Assembly: GCA_005882595.1 (NCBI GenBank)
Contig: VBFM01000094.1
Coordinates: 1-31,759, forward strand
Reading direction: 5' to 3'
DNA: 31,759 bases
DNA from: Chloroflexota bacterium
GTDB taxonomy: Bacteria; Chloroflexota; Ktedonobacteria; Ktedonobacterales; Ktedonobacteraceae
Position 1 is the stretch's first letter. The number at the start of each line of letters is the position of its first letter. Under the pieces are notes generated by a model. The model worked only from the letters and a program-made list of their open reading frames with translations, had not been told where the DNA came from and made no database searches. Made by a program: the position numbers and the translations under genes. Of this stretch, positions 17,266 to 24,979 are shown in pieces.

Positions 17266-17332
17266 AGCAGTGTAGCAGCATGAAACGCAACGCTACTCCT
17301 CGACAACAGCATGAATGCTATGCTACACTGCT
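17266..17332. promoter_or_regulatory. 12-bp inverted repeat whose arms are extended -10 motifs, upstream of the Rpn gene
   Basis: agcagtgtagca (17266-17277) / tgctacactgct (17321-17332); the right arm reads TGcTACACT, 25 nt before ATG 17355. Confidence 0.5.
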
Positions 17333-17354
17333 TAGTAGAAACGTAGGAATTTGT

Positions 17355-18269
17355 ATGCCAGAAGAGTGGGATACCGGTCTCAAACTATTGATCGGTGAGA
17401 AACCACAGGATTTTATTAGCTGGCTTGTCCCTGGGGCGAAGTACAGAAAGGTTGTATCCCCACATTTGCCAGGGAGAAAGATTGACGCTGATAGCCTGTT
17501 CGAGATTATCTTGAATGGGAAAGCTATGTTGTTTCACATTGAATTTCAGAGCTACCGGGATCTAAGCATCGTGAAACGGCTCTGGGAGTACAATGTGCGG
17601 GCAACACTCAAGTACAAACTACCGGTTTTGTCGTTCGTATTCTATCTCAAAAGGGAGAAGAAGCCTGCCGAATCTCCCTATATCTGGGAACTCCCAAATG
17701 GAGAGGTTATTCATCGTTTTCAATTTGCTGTCGTCAAATTGTGGGAAGAACGTGCTGAGGTGCTGAAGCAAACTGGGCTGGTGGGCCTGCTTCCACTTAT
17801 ACCATTGACACAAGATGGAAGCCGATTAGAAGTAGTTGATGAAGTCATTACACGCCTGGAGGCAAATGGCGATGAGTCTACTTCAGAGTTATTAGCATTG
17901 ACATATTTACTATCAACATTGGTGTTTAAGGCAAAAAACGAGCGTGAATGGCTCGATAGGAGGTTTGCTATGCTAGATGACCTCATCCGGAGTTCATGGG
18001 GCTATAAAAAGATAAAGCGTGAAGGGTTAGAAGAAGGGCGACAAGAAGGGTTGCAACAAGGGTTGCAAAAAGCGTTGGAAGACCTTCGCTTGACTCTGTT
18101 AGAGGTTGTTCGAGGCCGCTTTCCTGCCCTTGAACCGGTAGCAAAGAAGACAGCAAAAGCTATCAACGAGCCTGCAATCTTGCGCCATATGATTGTCCAA
18201 CTGAGTATGGCCGAGTCTGAAGAAATGGCGAAGCAAGCGCTGCTTTTGCAGGAGAAGAGCAAGAACTAA
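17355..18269 (+). CDS. Rpn/YhgA-like PD-(D/E)xK nuclease (recombination-promoting nuclease / putative transposase family)
   Basis: IDADSLF...LFHIEFQS nuclease motif, RLWEYNV, C-terminal EGLEEGRQEGLQQG repeats; visibly more AT-rich than neighbours. Confidence 0.8.
   Translation: MPEEWDTGLKLLIGEKPQDFISWLVPGAKYRKVVSPHLPGRKIDADSLFEIILNGKAMLFHIEFQSYRDLSIVKRLWEYNVRATLKYKLPVLSFVFYLKREKKPAESPYIWELPNGEVIHRFQFAVVKLWEERAEVLKQTGLVGLLPLIPLTQDGSRLEVVDEVITRLEANGDESTSELLALTYLLSTLVFKAKNEREWLDRRFAMLDDLIRSSWGYKKIKREGLEEGRQEGLQQGLQKALEDLRLTLLEVVRGRFPALEPVAKKTAKAINEPAILRHMIVQLSMAESEEMAKQALLLQEKSKN
17970..18269 (+). CDS. Putative internally initiated 99-aa C-terminal product (RpnS-like antitoxin)
   Basis: AGGAGGT at 17958-17964, 5 nt before an in-frame ATG at 17970. 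Confidence 0.55.
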   Translation: MLDDLIRSSWGYKKIKREGLEEGRQEGLQQGLQKALEDLRLTLLEVVRGRFPALEPVAKKTAKAINEPAILRHMIVQLSMAESEEMAKQALLLQEKSKN

Positions 18270-18278
18270 CTGTTGTGC

Positions 18279-18313
18279 AAATATGTAGAGGTTCTCACGA
18301 GCCCTACATATTT
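18279..18313. repeat. Hairpin between convergent genes (degenerate REP or bidirectional terminator)
   Basis: aaatatgtag / ctacatattt perfect 10-bp arms with GTAG/CTAC. Confidence 0.6.
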
Positions 18314-19038
18314 TTATATGTGCGCACCGCATCCAGCGCCTCTAGCACTTGCAGGATGTCCTGGCAGACATCAACCATTACCTGCGGTAGCCATTCTTCG
18401 GGGCGCGGGTTATCGGCTACCACCTCGGTTTCCTCTTCTTCCTCATCTGAGCTGGGGCGGTGACGCTGCACGAAACGGCTTGAGCGTGAATGCGGCTCGT
18501 CGTGCAGGCCGCGCATCCCATTAGGATGCCAAATCGGGATTTCTACCCGTTGTTGCAGGGTAAGCGATTCTGGCTGCAAGCGGTTCTCAAGCAGTACCAT
18601 GTTGACTCCTGGGCGTGTCTCGAAGGTGCGACTGCTGAGTTCACTGGCACGCAACTTGAGCATCTGCACCAGCGAAAGCAGCACTGCTTCCGAAATGGTT
18701 GCTCCTGAACCATTCAGAGGCGAGGTGTACGAGAGATCGAGCACCAATGGCGGGATATCGCTCGTGTGCAGGTGCGGGCAATGCTCCTCCGGTTCATGAA
18801 AAAAATCGCAAATGCCAATAGGCCCCTCTAGCGAGAGGGCAGTATCCAGCGTATTCCAGGTAAAGGAGAGCGTACAAGAGCTGCGGGTTTCCGATTCATC
18901 ACAACTGCCGGTATGACAGACACAGGCAAATTCACGTTCGAGCGTGCGCCCATTGGTCCAGTATTCAGGATGTGTTACAAGCCCCGGCGGAACCGCCGCC
19001 TTGAGGAAATAGGCAGTCACATCTTCGTATGTTAACAT
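18304..19038 (-). CDS. Hypothetical protein with Cys/His clusters
   Basis: 244-aa ORF with ATG and GGAG RBS; CVCHTGSC and CDFFH...HCPHLH clusters; no family recognised. Confidence 0.7.
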   Translation of the reverse strand: MLTYEDVTAYFLKAAVPPGLVTHPEYWTNGRTLEREFACVCHTGSCDESETRSSCTLSFTWNTLDTALSLEGPIGICDFFHEPEEHCPHLHTSDIPPLVLDLSYTSPLNGSGATISEAVLLSLVQMLKLRASELSSRTFETRPGVNMVLLENRLQPESLTLQQRVEIPIWHPNGMRGLHDEPHSRSSRFVQRHRPSSDEEEEETEVVADNPRPEEWLPQVMVDVCQDILQVLEALDAVRTYKNM

Positions 19039-19198
19039 TGAAATTCTCCGCGCCGCCCATCTCGCTACAACCTGCGAATGGTTTTTCTGTTACGGCGTGC
19101 TTTAATATTAACGACGTGAAGAGGATGTGTCAATAGAAAGCGCGCGTTCCGCCTGATATTGCTTGTGCTCGAACCTAAGCGTCCCCGTAACAGGCGGC

Positions 19199-19228
19199 TT
19201 GACAGGGCAGCGTTTTCATTGCTACAAT
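19199..19228 (+). promoter_or_regulatory. sigma70 promoter for the MarR gene
   Basis: TTGACA (19199-19204), 18 bp, TACAAT (19223-19228) with a TGn extension. Confidence 0.7.
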
Positions 19229-19259
19229 CACGTCGTAATGCGATGTAATGGAGTAGACA

Positions 19260-19739
19260 ATGAGCAGCGATTCTGAAATAACCCATCAAGAGTACCAGGC
19301 CCTGGCCGAGTTTCGTTATCAATTGCGCCGCTTCCTACGTTTTAGCGAACAGGCGGCACGTGAGGTTGGGCTTGAACCACAACAACATCAACTCTTGCTC
19401 ACCATCAAAGGCTTACCGGCAGACAGAACGGCAAGCGTCGGTGAGCTGGCTGAGCGGCTGCAGATTCAACATCATAGCACGGTAGAACTCATCAATCGTA
19501 TGGTCGAACGGAGATTGCTTGAACGCAACCGCGATGAGAACGACCAACGGCGTGTGCTGGTCAGTCTGACAGCTTACGGGGAGGAGGTACTTCGAAAGCT
19601 CTCTCTGCTCCATCGTATGGAACTGCGCACCACCGGACCGGCGCTTGCTCAGGCGTTACACGCGCTGACAAATGGTCAAGATGATAATAGTACAAACGAA
19701 GCGAAAGCAGTAGACACCACGTCGGATACAACAAATTAG
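19260..19739 (+). CDS. MarR-family transcriptional regulator
   Basis: YQALAEFRYQLRRFL, ELAERLQIQHHSTVELINRM, DQRRVLVSLT winged helix. Confidence 0.92.
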   Translation: MSSDSEITHQEYQALAEFRYQLRRFLRFSEQAAREVGLEPQQHQLLLTIKGLPADRTASVGELAERLQIQHHSTVELINRMVERRLLERNRDENDQRRVLVSLTAYGEEVLRKLSLLHRMELRTTGPALAQALHALTNGQDDNSTNEAKAVDTTSDTTN

Positions 19740-19790
19740 CCTCTTGTTATTCATGCTTCTGCAAGACGGCAAGTTCGTATCTCAAGCAAC

Positions 19791-19874
19791 AGGGCGACCG
19801 CAAGGGTGCGCCCGTACAATACACGGTTGGAATCGTGATCGTGTATTGTACGGGCGCACCCTTGCGGTCGCCCT
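19791..19874. repeat. REPIN with perfect 35-bp inverted arms
   Basis: agggcgaccgcaagggtgcgcccgtacaatacacg (19791-19825) is the exact reverse complement of 19840-19874; same REP family as 2998-3096 with a GTAC variant. Confidence 0.9.
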
Positions 19875-20016
19875 GGCTTAAATCATCGAGCGAAATGGCC
19901 CTGGCTGAGATCATAGAGCGAAGTCGCCCTGGCTTAAATCATCGAGCGAAGTGGTGTTGCTGTCGAATGCAATCAATCGCCCCTTGCGGTCGCCCTGGCT
20001 TAAATCATCGAGCGAA
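19870..20016. repeat. Four direct copies of a 25-bp unit (greA 3' end + REP foot)
   Basis: gccctggcttaaatcatcgagcgaa at 19870, 19926 and 19992 (exact) and 19898 (3 mismatches). Confidence 0.85.
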
Positions 20017-20530
20017 TTGAGCGAATGGTGTAGTTAGTAACACCACCAGGCGTGGAGACCGTTACATGGTCGCCTTCCTGGTGTCCCATCAACGCTTTGC
20101 CAACCGGGGATTGATCTGAAATCAAGCCTGCTTTAGGATCGGCTTCAAAGGTCTCGACTATTTTGAAGGTGCGTGACGCGCCTGTATCGCTCTGCACCTC
20201 AACTTGCATGCCGATGCGCACCGCAGGCGGCCCTGTGAAATCATCATGCATATCGCCGGTCATAATCTCGGCTACAGCAAGCAAGCGCTCCAGTTGAAGA
20301 ATCTCACCCTCTACCTTCGCCTGTTCATTTTTAGCATCTTCGTAGGCGCTGCTTTCGCTGATGTCACCCGCTTCTTTCGCTTCATGGATATAATCAGCAA
20401 TCTCTTTGCGTTTTATTGTACGTAAGTAGTCCAGGCGTTCTTGCTTTTTCGCAAAGCCCTCGGGAGTTAAACGATAGACCTTTTGCTCTGACTTCGCCTG
20501 GGTGGTATCACTCTGTCCACCAATATTCAT
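20000..20530 (-). CDS. greA: Transcription elongation factor GreA/GreB family
   Basis: LTPEG...AGDISESSAYEDAK, ISDQSPVGKALMG, VTVSTPGG; ATG 20530 has a GGAG RBS. Confidence 0.9.
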   Translation of the reverse strand: MNIGGQSDTTQAKSEQKVYRLTPEGFAKKQERLDYLRTIKRKEIADYIHEAKEAGDISESSAYEDAKNEQAKVEGEILQLERLLAVAEIMTGDMHDDFTGPPAVRIGMQVEVQSDTGASRTFKIVETFEADPKAGLISDQSPVGKALMGHQEGDHVTVSTPGGVTNYTIRSIRSMI

Positions 20531-20602
20531 ACTTATCTCCTCCCTTTCAGCAAGGGAAATGGGGGCACTGCCCCGAAAAAACCTGTTAAAAACATGAAGC
20601 AG

Positions 20603-20631
20603 ATTATACGTTCTACGATACCGCACGTCAA
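20603..20631 (-). promoter_or_regulatory. sigma70 promoter for greA
   Basis: Minus strand TTGACG (20626-20631), 17 bp, TATAAT (20603-20608). Confidence 0.75.
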
Positions 20632-20691
20632 GTGATTACGGCCACTTTTTTTTGCAAACGAAAAAATTGCGCATATGTTGATGGCTCTATG

Positions 20692-21996
20692 TTATACTGG
20701 CGTTTGTGGGTATCCCGGAACCAGCCGTCCCATGCGCATCAGGGATGCGCCGCACTCCGCGCATACGCCCTGTACGGCAGTGCGTCCATTCTTCATCGTG
20801 ATCTCGTGAGCGTTCAGCATGACCGTTTTCTTTTTACATTTCATACAATACGCCTCGATATGGGGCGCACTATGCGCCGTTTCTATGCTGGCAGGTGGCT
20901 CCTTTGCACGGTGAGGGGCGCCATTCACACCACTTGCATCAGCGCTTTCGCTCACACTCGCAGCCTGTAGCACCTGGCTAATGCCCCCTTCGCTCCATTG
21001 TAGCAGCGTCTTCACAACGATTTCTGGGAGATCCTCGTGAACGGCTCGCCCGGCCCCCTGTAGCAACGCCATCTGTGTTTGCTGCGCGCCCCAGAAGGTG
21101 CCGTGCTGGTCGGCGATATGCCGGGTGCGTTCTAAATCTCCGGCCCCCCAGATAATCAACGTCGGCTGTTGCACTTTTTCGATCTCGCGCGAGACATCAC
21201 GCACCAGCTTACCCGCGAGCAGGGCCATCGATGCATGTTCTGCACCAAATTGATGAGTAGTGGCATAGATATAATCGAAAGGCGCATCGTTGGAGCTCGC
21301 GGTTGCAGATGTCAATTGTGGCTTCTCCTGGCCTATTCCCAGGCGCGCCATCACCCGCGGGATCTCAACCAGCGAGGGATAGAGAAGCGATTTGACGGGG
21401 CCGGCTTCTAGTAACCCTGCTGTTAATACGCGTGCAAGACGTGTTTCTTCCGGCTGATCTCCGAACAAAGCTACTGGCGAAATGAGCGCCAGCCGCTCGC
21501 AAAGGCCGGGCGAAGTTGCCGCCACTGCCGCCGCATAATTACAGCTTAGCCTGCTTGCTACAATGGTGGCTGGTTGTCTCACCACCTGCGAAAGAAAATC
21601 CCGACACAACTGCGTATATACATCAGCCGAGTAATCGATATCTGGGCGGTCCGAGAGTCCAAACCCAAGCAGATCGGGGGCATAAACGCGAAAGTCTGCT
21701 GCAAGCAGGGTCATGATGCCACGCATTTCATAGGCTGACGCGGCCAATTCTGGTGTATGAAGGAGCAACAGCGGCGGTGCGTCCGGCTTCCCCGCTAGCT
21801 TGTAGAAAATATGTCCGTGCTGCCACCTGTATAAATGTGCCTCTCCAGGCAGGAGGCTTTCCAGGGGCTGCGGCGTCTCTAGCATATGCCGCAAGGCGAC
21901 AACTCCAGCGACTATAAACGCGGCCATCGCGCTCAGACCTAATAACCGTACAATTGATCGCAGTGTTCCTACAAAAGCATTTACCACGTATTTCAT
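20692..21996 (-). CDS. Alpha/beta-fold hydrolase-like protein with N-terminal TM segment and C-terminal DUF5679-like zinc ribbon
   Basis: VYAPDLLGFGLSDRP, PTLIIWG, HEDLPE; C-terminal EAYCMKCK...MKNGR..VQGVCAECG; ATG 21996 has a GAGGAGG RBS and TGcTATACT at 22023-22031. Confidence 0.8.
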   Translation of the reverse strand: MKYVVNAFVGTLRSIVRLLGLSAMAAFIVAGVVALRHMLETPQPLESLLPGEAHLYRWQHGHIFYKLAGKPDAPPLLLLHTPELAASAYEMRGIMTLLAADFRVYAPDLLGFGLSDRPDIDYSADVYTQLCRDFLSQVVRQPATIVASRLSCNYAAAVAATSPGLCERLALISPVALFGDQPEETRLARVLTAGLLEAGPVKSLLYPSLVEIPRVMARLGIGQEKPQLTSATASSNDAPFDYIYATTHQFGAEHASMALLAGKLVRDVSREIEKVQQPTLIIWGAGDLERTRHIADQHGTFWGAQQTQMALLQGAGRAVHEDLPEIVVKTLLQWSEGGISQVLQAASVSESADASGVNGAPHRAKEPPASIETAHSAPHIEAYCMKCKKKTVMLNAHEITMKNGRTAVQGVCAECGASLMRMGRLVPGYPQTPV

Positions 21997-22079
21997 ACTT
22001 GTAGTTCCTCCTCGTATACAGTAGTATAGCACAGGAGGGTTACTGATGATGTTTCCAATCGTTATGTACACTACATGCT

Positions 22080-22191
22080 CCTTGCGTCCTGCCTGAGCGA
22101 AGCGCACACCTTGCATCTTGCCTGAGCGTAGCTAGCACGCAGTGCGTTGGCAAGATGCCTTACAAGAAGCACGCAGTGCGTTGGCAGGATG
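22080..22191 (+). repeat. Hairpin element family H, two nested copies
   Basis: Inner stem gcatcttgcc (22113-22122) / ggcaagatgc (22149-22158); outer stem gtcctgcc / ggcaggat; both end in agcacgcagtgcgttggca. Confidence 0.85.
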
Positions 22192-22248
22192 TCTTTCAAG
22201 GTGCCGACATCCCGCGTAACGAGGAATGCAAAAGTTCAAGGAAGTAAT

Positions 22249-23121
22249 ATGCGAATTATACATGACCTGGATGAAATGACCGAAACGGCGCGAGGCTGGC
22301 TTTCTGGTGGAATTATTGGATTCATCCCGACGGTTGGCTATCTTCATGCCGGTCATGCATCATTGATACAGGCGGCGCGCCAGGAATGTGAATACAGCAT
22401 CGTCAGTATTTTTGTGAACCCGCTCGAGTTCGATCAAGACGAGGCCCCTATTCTCTATCCAAATAATTTGACCGGTGATATACAGTTTCTGGATAAAGAA
22501 CAGGTGGATGTGGTGTTTATTCCTCGTTTCGAAGAGATGTACCCGCCAGATTTTTCTACCTATGTGGTGGTCTTTGGCCCGGTAGCCGAACGACTGGAAG
22601 CAGCATTCCGCCCTGAACATGTGCGTGGCTATGCTACCAACATCGTCAAATTATTGCAACTTGTGCGGCCCGATATGGCCTATTTTGGGCAAAACAATGC
22701 CCAGCATGTGGCATTGATCCGTCGGCTCGTGCGTGATTTGAGTATAGATGTGAAGTTACAGGTGTTGCCGACCGTGCGCGATACGGATGGGCTTGCGCTA
22801 AGTATTCGCAATCAGGCCCTCAGTCCTGAAGAGCGGCAAGCAGCACCCCTACTGTATCAAGCGCTGCTGGCAGGGAAAGCGCTGATCGAACAAGGTGAGC
22901 GCAACCTGGCCCTCATTGAAAAAACGATGGTTGACGTAATAACGGCCTCACCTTTCATCAAGTTGGACTACGCCACTGCTTGTGACCCTCAAAGCTTCGA
23001 ACAGCCAGGTGACATGCTGCCAGAAACGCTTACTGATTTGCTGCTGGTAGTTGCGGCACACTTCGGTACTACGCGCCTCAATGACAATCTGCTCCTACGT
23101 GATGGTCACTGGCTAATCTGA
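22249..23121 (+). CDS. panC: Pantoate--beta-alanine ligase (PanC)-like protein with divergent active site
   Basis: GFIPTVGYLHAGHASL (HxGH), SIFVNP, RPDMAYFG, VRDTDGLALSIRN, RLNDN; full length. Confidence 0.8.
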   Translation: MRIIHDLDEMTETARGWLSGGIIGFIPTVGYLHAGHASLIQAARQECEYSIVSIFVNPLEFDQDEAPILYPNNLTGDIQFLDKEQVDVVFIPRFEEMYPPDFSTYVVVFGPVAERLEAAFRPEHVRGYATNIVKLLQLVRPDMAYFGQNNAQHVALIRRLVRDLSIDVKLQVLPTVRDTDGLALSIRNQALSPEERQAAPLLYQALLAGKALIEQGERNLALIEKTMVDVITASPFIKLDYATACDPQSFEQPGDMLPETLTDLLLVVAAHFGTTRLNDNLLLRDGHWLI

Positions 23122-23943
23122 CACGCCGCGTGCGGCCTGCCTTTGTCTCCAGGAGCGAGCCGCCTGGCTGACGACGTACAGGGCGGTCTCGCTACCCGAG
23201 GCTTCCCCCTTTTCAAAATCCCCCTCGCTCTGTCCCATCTGGTTCGTCACGTGGGCAAAACAGATGATCTGGTATTGCCTGGCCTGCGCCAGCGCATAGA
23301 GGGCGGCGGCCTCCATTTCCACCGCCAGGATGCCGTTTGCGCGGCACTGCGCGATCATCGCTTCCGTCTCCCTAAACGGCGCATCTGTCGTCCAACTGGC
23401 GCCCATGTGTAAGGGGAGCTGCCCCTGGTTCCAAGTTGCGCAGACCATCTCCCGCAGGGCGGGATGCAAGTGGCTGTACGGTGTGGGCGGCACATAATGG
23501 TAGCTCGTCCCCTCGTCGCGTAGGGCTTTCTCAATGAGAATCACGTAGGGAGGCGGGCCCAACGGGAGGATCTGCCCCGCAGAGGTAATGCTGATCAGCA
23601 GTTGGCATCCTGAAGCGAACAGTTCCTCGGCCACCAGCACCGCAAAAGGAGCGCCCACCACCCGGCCAATAATGCCGTAGGACATGTCCTCATGCGTGAA
23701 CGTATCCAGGCGCGTATGGTAACAGGCCCAGGTGTGGTGCGGCATGAGACGGTCGGAGGCCCGCAGGTGATCGACGAGGTCGCTGTCGGGATCAAGCACG
23801 CAGACGTCCGGAACTGTCCCAGGAGGCAGTCCTTTCTGCCGCCTGGCCTCGCGCAACAGGTTCTGCGGGGTGAATATTGAGGGGGCTTCATAGTCCCTGG
23901 GCGCGAAGAGAGGCACAACTTCGAGACCATCTTCATGATCCAT
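23113..23943 (-). CDS. Nucleoside phosphorylase-family protein (PNP/UDP superfamily)
   Basis: GAPFAVLVAEEL, SITSAGQI, ALRDEGTSYHY, WTTDAPFRET, VEMEAAAL; ATG 23943 has an AAGGAG RBS. Confidence 0.85.
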   Translation of the reverse strand: MDHEDGLEVVPLFAPRDYEAPSIFTPQNLLREARRQKGLPPGTVPDVCVLDPDSDLVDHLRASDRLMPHHTWACYHTRLDTFTHEDMSYGIIGRVVGAPFAVLVAEELFASGCQLLISITSAGQILPLGPPPYVILIEKALRDEGTSYHYVPPTPYSHLHPALREMVCATWNQGQLPLHMGASWTTDAPFRETEAMIAQCRANGILAVEMEAAALYALAQARQYQIICFAHVTNQMGQSEGDFEKGEASGSETALYVVSQAARSWRQRQAARGVSD

Positions 23944-24106
23944 ATTGTATCTCCTTTTCCTGCCGTCTAATGTACTCAAGAGTATCCACAAAGTGCCAAG
24001 AGACACTCGTGCGTCTCAATGCCGTCGTTTGCGGCTGGTGACAGCTTGGGTCATCATAGCATACACTACCGAGTGAGCTAAAGCAGGCCTCTCCCTTGCT
24101 TGCGTC

Positions 24107-24934
24107 TCACGACGACGCGTTTTTTTGCAGGACGTAGAGTGTAGGGCTGAGTTTTCCCAGGAGAATGTAGAGCGCCCAGGGGTAGTTCGCCAGAGCCACT
24201 TCATATCTCCTGGTGCCCAGCAGCTCCTGGTAGTACTCTGGCTTGCGCAGCATTCGGGCGAGTCGCATGAGTTCGCGCGATGCCCTCCCCTCGTGCTCTT
24301 CCACCCACTCCATCAACTCGCTGCCCAGCTGCTCTTTGGAATGCATCTGGAGTCCTGCCGCCTGGAATGCCGCTTCGACGACCCCTTCCTCCATGCTCTC
24401 TAAGACCAGGCCAAACGACGCATACAGCCATGCCGCTTCTTTCGGCTCCATCCGTCCTGTCGCGACAGTCGTATAGGCCAGCATGGCTCCCGCTGGTTTG
24501 AGCACGCGTGCGCACTCGGCTAGCGCCTGTGGGAGGGCAAGGACATGCATCAGCATATCGCGAGACCACAGGAAGTCAAACCGCTCGTCCTCAAAAGGAA
24601 GCGCTTCGATGTCTCCCTGCACAAAGGACACCCGGTCGCTCACACCTTCTTGCACGGCTCTGGCACGTCCTTGCTCGACGTGGAACTGGGCAACGTCCAG
24701 GCCGACAACGGCACAGCCAAAGCGCTGGGCCAGCGCACAGCTATGATTGCCTCTGCCGCTGCCGATATCGAGAACGAGCGAGGAAGAGCTGACTCCACAA
24801 GTGGAGACGACCTCGTAGAGCATACTGTGTGGGCGTGGGTGCAGGCTCTCATCCAGCGGCGCAAAGGGACCGCCCTCGTGGCTGGCCCACATATGCCTAT
24901 AGATCGCCTCCATCTGTGATTTCTTCTCTGGCAT
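24107..24934 (-). CDS. Class I SAM-dependent methyltransferase
   Basis: VLDIGSGRG, VGLD, GDIEALPFEDERFD, ECARVLKPAG. Confidence 0.9.
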   Translation of the reverse strand: MPEKKSQMEAIYRHMWASHEGGPFAPLDESLHPRPHSMLYEVVSTCGVSSSSLVLDIGSGRGNHSCALAQRFGCAVVGLDVAQFHVEQGRARAVQEGVSDRVSFVQGDIEALPFEDERFDFLWSRDMLMHVLALPQALAECARVLKPAGAMLAYTTVATGRMEPKEAAWLYASFGLVLESMEEGVVEAAFQAAGLQMHSKEQLGSELMEWVEEHEGRASRELMRLARMLRKPEYYQELLGTRRYEVALANYPWALYILLGKLSPTLYVLQKNASS

Positions 24935-24979
24935 AAGTGCATGGCCCTTCCTCTCCTCTTCCCTTTCCGGGTGTTCTCC

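Noticed and set aside
19870-20016. Possible CRISPR array of 25-bp repeats
   Set aside because: Spacers are 3, 3 and 41 bp, and the repeat is the greA 3' end plus a REP foot.
19835-20020. 61-aa ORF on the + strand
   Set aside because: Made entirely of REP and tandem repeat sequence; no RBS and no recognisable protein.
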